Below, piece after piece: positions 60,450 through 64,000 of a stretch of DNA of 64,000 bases. This DNA comes from Obrimoposthia wandeli. Its lineage: Eukaryota. The notes below the pieces were generated by a model. It saw only the letters and a program-made list of their open reading frames with translations. It had not been told where the DNA came from and ran no database searches. The DNA lies in NCBI GenBank assembly GCA_977020255.1, contig CDROCS010003914.1, positions 62,001 to 126,000 on the forward strand, in the 5' to 3' direction. Position numbers and translations under genes: made by a program. How positions within the stretch are numbered: position 1 is the first letter of the stretch; the number at the start of each line of letters is the position of its first letter.

Positions 60450-60513
60450 TCTCGGTGGATTTTTATTGCTTTCTTGTATTTTCTAATTTAAATTTTCCTC
60501 TTTATTCTTCAAA

Positions 60514-61020
60514 TTATTCTCTTTTATATTCAATATCTGTTATTTCATAATATGCAATAGAGCCGTCAGGCTTTAGCACTTCAGCTTCATCTCCAACTCG
60601 TTTTTTGAATAACGCTTTTGCTAGCGGCGAATCCATGCTAATTAATAGACCACTTGTATCTATTTCATCAGGTCCAATGATTCTAAAAGTTCGCAGCTGT
60701 TCTGCTTCATCTAGTAAAGTCACCCAGGCACCAAAAACAATGACGCTTGTGTCTTGAGGGGTCTGCGCAATGACATTTATATCGTCTAAACGCTTAGATA
60801 AGAAGCGTACGCGACGATCTATTTCACGTAGTAGGCGTTTACCTTCAGTGTATTCTGCATTATCAGAGCGGTCGCCTTGAGCGGCAGCTTCTCTGACGGC
60901 TTGCGTGATTGAAGGGCGCTTTTCCTTCCAGAGGTAGCGAAGCTCCGCACTGAGTTTGTTAAAGCCATTTTGAGTTATGTATTTAGAACTCTGTGGCAGT
61001 GGTGCTCGCCATCTTCCCAT
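60514..61020 (-). CDS. greB: Transcription elongation factor GreB
   Basis: YITQNG...L..EL.YLWKEKRP, AAAQGDRSDNAEY, REIDRRVRFL, ISMDSPLAKAL. Confidence 0.93.
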   Translation of the reverse strand: MGRWRAPLPQSSKYITQNGFNKLSAELRYLWKEKRPSITQAVREAAAQGDRSDNAEYTEGKRLLREIDRRVRFLSKRLDDINVIAQTPQDTSVIVFGAWVTLLDEAEQLRTFRIIGPDEIDTSGLLISMDSPLAKALFKKRVGDEAEVLKPDGSIAYYEITDIEYKRE

Positions 61021-61264
61021 GATTATTTCCAGTTAAATTGAAGCCTTATAGCTTTTTGAATGGTGGGTTAAGTATTGTAAGCTAATCTTTGGGCTTGATG
61101 TGATATTCTATTAAGAGGCGCGATAATTATCACGCATTAAGTTATTCCAGTACTAATAAAATATACAAATTCAGTAAAGTATTACCATGCATGGCCGATA
61201 AGTAAATTACTGGATAGTGTTACCTTTTAATATTTTTCAGCCAGTGAATCAACCTAGTGAAGTA

Positions 61265-61696
61265 ATGATGCAAACAGACCAAATACAACTAGAGCGAATT
61301 GAAACTTATACCGCGAGCCTTCCCAGCGCGATACAAGGTGCCAATGGCGCGCAGTTTGCTATGTTGTTGTCTCTCATTACTGCTAATCAAAATATTGGCA
61401 CCAGCTTTCAACTGCCAGCAGCGCAAACCGCTGAGCCAGTAGTGCTGCAATCTGTTTATCCCTCTGAAGTTGAAGTAAATAAGCCTGAGTTAGTTGAGCG
61501 CTTGAATAATTCAGTGAACCAGCTACGTTTTGGTGATTTTGCTTTTGTTAATGCATTCATAGAAACGATGGCAGAAGCGCCTAGAACAGCTCGGGCAGCG
61601 GCTGATCAGTTTGAAAAAGTCGCTTTAATGTCGTCGGGTAAGCTGATGTTGGATCATATTAATATCGCTAGGGGGAGTGTTGATATAGCAGCTTAG
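61265..61696 (+). CDS. Hypothetical protein (weak resemblance to VC2046/SO_2500 family)
   Basis: Clean ORF. AQFAMLLSLI recalls the ADFALLLAM motif of that family; recollection only. Confidence 0.55.
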   Translation: MMQTDQIQLERIETYTASLPSAIQGANGAQFAMLLSLITANQNIGTSFQLPAAQTAEPVVLQSVYPSEVEVNKPELVERLNNSVNQLRFGDFAFVNAFIETMAEAPRTARAAADQFEKVALMSSGKLMLDHINIARGSVDIAA

Positions 61697-61808
61697 TTGC
61701 TGCTGGGTATTCAATAAAGCTATTAATTACACTTTTTCCCGTGTATCTGCTTCTTGGTTAGCTGATTATTGAGCAATTAACACGGGAGTAGTTAGAAAAG
61801 TTTTCCTG

Positions 61809-62231
61809 TTAGCTTTTCCAGCTAATTAATGCTTGCTCACCATTTTCAATTCGCCACCATTGATCTTCTTCATTATCTTTATCTTCTGCATCGCTCCAGC
61901 CTGATTTGATGCAGCGAATCTGTGTGTCTAGTTGTTTAGATGCTTGTAAAGCGCAATCTAAATCGGTCGGCCAAGGTGTTTCATTATTTTTGAACCATAG
62001 GCTGCTCCAGGCTTTACCAGATACTTTCTGTTGTAAAGAGCACTCTACATATCTATCAGCAAATATAACTCGTAGCTCGTTGGAGTGATCTGTGCTCGAT
62101 ATCTCAGTCACTTCTCTGCATATTGTTTGCAGCCAATTGATTACATCATCGACACTTCGGCTTTTAATGTAAATTTCTAAATCGGGGTGGCGCGGCTGTG
62201 AGCTTAAGAGATCTGACATTGAATTATCCAT
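61809..62231 (-). CDS. Conserved hypothetical protein
   Basis: PDLEIYIK, WSSLWF...TPWPTDLDCA, RCIKSGW resemble a Pseudomonas hypothetical family; function unknown. Confidence 0.7.
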   Translation of the reverse strand: MDNSMSDLLSSQPRHPDLEIYIKSRSVDDVINWLQTICREVTEISSTDHSNELRVIFADRYVECSLQQKVSGKAWSSLWFKNNETPWPTDLDCALQASKQLDTQIRCIKSGWSDAEDKDNEEDQWWRIENGEQALISWKS

Positions 62232-62518
62232 GATAATAGTTTGATGGTATCAAGAGTGGCCATCATACAGCCAAGTTAAGGCAAGTAACAGTTAAGACAT
62301 TAAAGCTGTTTGAAGTGCTTCGATTGAAAGAGAAATAAATTGACGTTTGCTAAATGCGCTTTCGCTGTTTAACGATGCAGCGCTTGAATTTTTGTATTAA
62401 TTTATTTACCAGAAAAATGCTTAAAATAATTAAAAACCAATAGTTTTGTGTGTCTAGCTAGATCATTTCTATAGGCTAGCTGTTAAAATTCCCGTTTTTT
62501 ATTTTAAAGGATTAAGCA

Positions 62519-63823
62519 ATGAATAAAGCTTGGTGGTTTGGTGGTTTGGTAGTTACTGTTGGTATCGGCTTTGGGGCTGGAGTTGTTTTTACGGGCAAGC
62601 AGGTAAACTTAGAGTATCAGCGCTATGTGGCTGCCATTACGAAAAGCTACGTAGGTGTCGCTAAGGTTTCTTCTAGTATCGATGAATCGTTATTTTCCTC
62701 TGCTAATACGCTCACGTTAGACTTTTTAGACTTGTCTAAGCCTATCGCTGATTGGGCGGGCACTAATTCAGTTAGTTTTGATATTAATTACTCTCATCGC
62801 TTTTTAGCTAGTCGCAGTGTCGCAACAATTACTGCAGGGGATTTGTTAGATAAAGTTAAAAGTTATCAAGTAAATAAAGTGCAGTCGCCTTTAATTATAA
62901 ATAGCGATTACAGCTATAACATGCTGGAAAATACCGTAGAGATAGACAGCGTTCTTGTTTCGGATACTTTTTTAGCTACACAAAACGACGATAAATTGTC
63001 AATTGGAAGTTCTAAAGCTCAACTAAACTTAACAAAAGCGGCGCTTGAGTTAGATTGGGCTGTGACGCCAAGCTTTATTAAAGTAGGCGATGTTCGTACA
63101 GATATAGGTGAAATACGCTTAAAGGATCAAAGGAGTGTGCTTGAAGGAGATATTCTTGCAGCGAACTTTGCTGAGCAGTCTTCAGGTCAGTTTCTTATAG
63201 AAAGCATCAAGGTCAGTGATGTTGATACGCAACTGGAAATCGAGAAGTTCTTGGTCAAAGTAGGGCATCATATTAAAGAGCAGCGTGTATTAATTGATCT
63301 TGAGTATCAATCAGATTCCGTACAAGTGAAAGCGGGTCCTAAAAACTACCGTTTTGATAAGCCTGAATTACAGCTTGTTGTTGATTTAGATTATAATGCA
63401 ATGAAGGGATTTGTTGAAAAAATCCAAGAAATGCAGCAAGCAACAGGACCTATCAGTGATCCAGCCCAGTTATTGCCGTTGGTTAGCAGTATCACCGAGG
63501 AAAGTGTGAATTTTGATATTGAGCGTGTTTCTGTAACGGTTGATGGTGCAACGTTAGAGGGACAAGCGGGTTTGAAAATGGCACCTTTTTCTATTCAAGA
63601 AGCAATGCTAGATCGTCAAGGTTTGATGAAAAAAATGGATTTGCAAGCTGAATTATTAGCCCCTAAAAAGTTTGTGCAAGCGTTGCCAGGTTATGACCCT
63701 AAGCAATTACAGTTCATTGTAGGAATGGGGTTTCTTCGTGATGAAGGTGAGAGTTATAGCTTTGATCTAGACGTAACAAAAGGTGTGGTTAAAGTTAATG
63801 GAAATCAAATTCCTGGTTTATAG
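62519..63823 (+). CDS. YdgA/DUF945-family protein
   Basis: N-terminal TM anchor, SSIDESLFSSANT, beta-rich body, C-terminal GFLRDEGESYS.....KG.VKVNG typical of the family. Confidence 0.7.
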   Translation: MNKAWWFGGLVVTVGIGFGAGVVFTGKQVNLEYQRYVAAITKSYVGVAKVSSSIDESLFSSANTLTLDFLDLSKPIADWAGTNSVSFDINYSHRFLASRSVATITAGDLLDKVKSYQVNKVQSPLIINSDYSYNMLENTVEIDSVLVSDTFLATQNDDKLSIGSSKAQLNLTKAALELDWAVTPSFIKVGDVRTDIGEIRLKDQRSVLEGDILAANFAEQSSGQFLIESIKVSDVDTQLEIEKFLVKVGHHIKEQRVLIDLEYQSDSVQVKAGPKNYRFDKPELQLVVDLDYNAMKGFVEKIQEMQQATGPISDPAQLLPLVSSITEESVNFDIERVSVTVDGATLEGQAGLKMAPFSIQEAMLDRQGLMKKMDLQAELLAPKKFVQALPGYDPKQLQFIVGMGFLRDEGESYSFDLDVTKGVVKVNGNQIPGL

Positions 63824-63844
63824 GTTTATAGGTTTATAGGTTTA
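63815..63844 (+). repeat. Tandem 8-mer repeat (GGTTTATA)x3.75 spanning the stop codon
   Basis: ggtttata ggtttata ggtttata ggttta. Confidence 0.9.
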
Positions 63845-63849
63845 ATATC

Positions 63850-63885
63850 AAAAATGCTCGAGCAATTAATCGCTCGAGCATTTTT
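63850..63885 (+). terminator. Intrinsic terminator after the YdgA-like gene
   Basis: AAAAATGCTCGAGC-8 nt-GCTCGAGCATTTTT. Confidence 0.85.
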
Positions 63886-64000
63886 GAGAAAATAGAGGTA
63901 CCACTGAAGCATTTTATTAGCTGGCCTTTTCTATAATAGCTGCTTTTTTGATTGTTTTAAGCGGTTTCTCTATTGTCTCGTTTACCTTCTTCTTTATCTT

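Overview
AT-rich chromosomal window from a Gammaproteobacterium with Pseudomonas/Oceanospirillales-like gene order. It is almost entirely core genome. Contents in order: a 5'-truncated glycoside-hydrolase-like ORF; AraC regulator and aldB; fimX; (tRNA-Met, tRNA-Gln)x2; ychF-pth-rplY-prs; lolB and a TPR lipoprotein; hemA-prfA-prmC-moeB; ansA; CNNM/CorC and ypjD; ffh; rpsP-rimM-trmD-rplS; hypothetical-xerD-dsbC; hom-thrC; ydcF; recJ; a small CxxC ORF; nudF-yqiB-cpdA-yqiA-parE-parC; an AhpA/YtjB-like protein; proA-nadD-rsfS-rlmH-mrdA-rodA-mltB-rlpA-dacA-dat-ybeD-lipB-lipA; psuK-psuG; a GAF-HD-GYP protein; seven tRNAs in two units (Ser-Asn-Lys-Lys and Ser-Asn-Lys); greB; two hypotheticals; a YdgA-like protein. 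I found no CRISPR array, transposase, prophage or defence island, and no clearly new multi-gene system. The most notable deviations: (1) the syntenic XerD has lost two catalytic residues (R->K, H->Q) and its C-terminal tail; (2) ispE is missing from lolB-[ispE-tRNA-Gln]-prs, with a possible decayed tRNA-Gln left behind; (3) murI is missing after moeB while a D-amino-acid aminotransferase sits in the cell-wall cluster; (4) an unannotated 58-aa ORF ends in a ribonucleotide-reductase-like CxxC tail; (5) a ~140-bp imperfect inverted repeat covers the TPR gene start; (6) Csr/Rsm-type sites overlap the ribosome-binding sites of both c-di-GMP genes; (7) a candidate operator lies upstream of the HTH-fused pseudouridine kinase. 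All family calls come from motif recognition and remembered gene order, not database searches.
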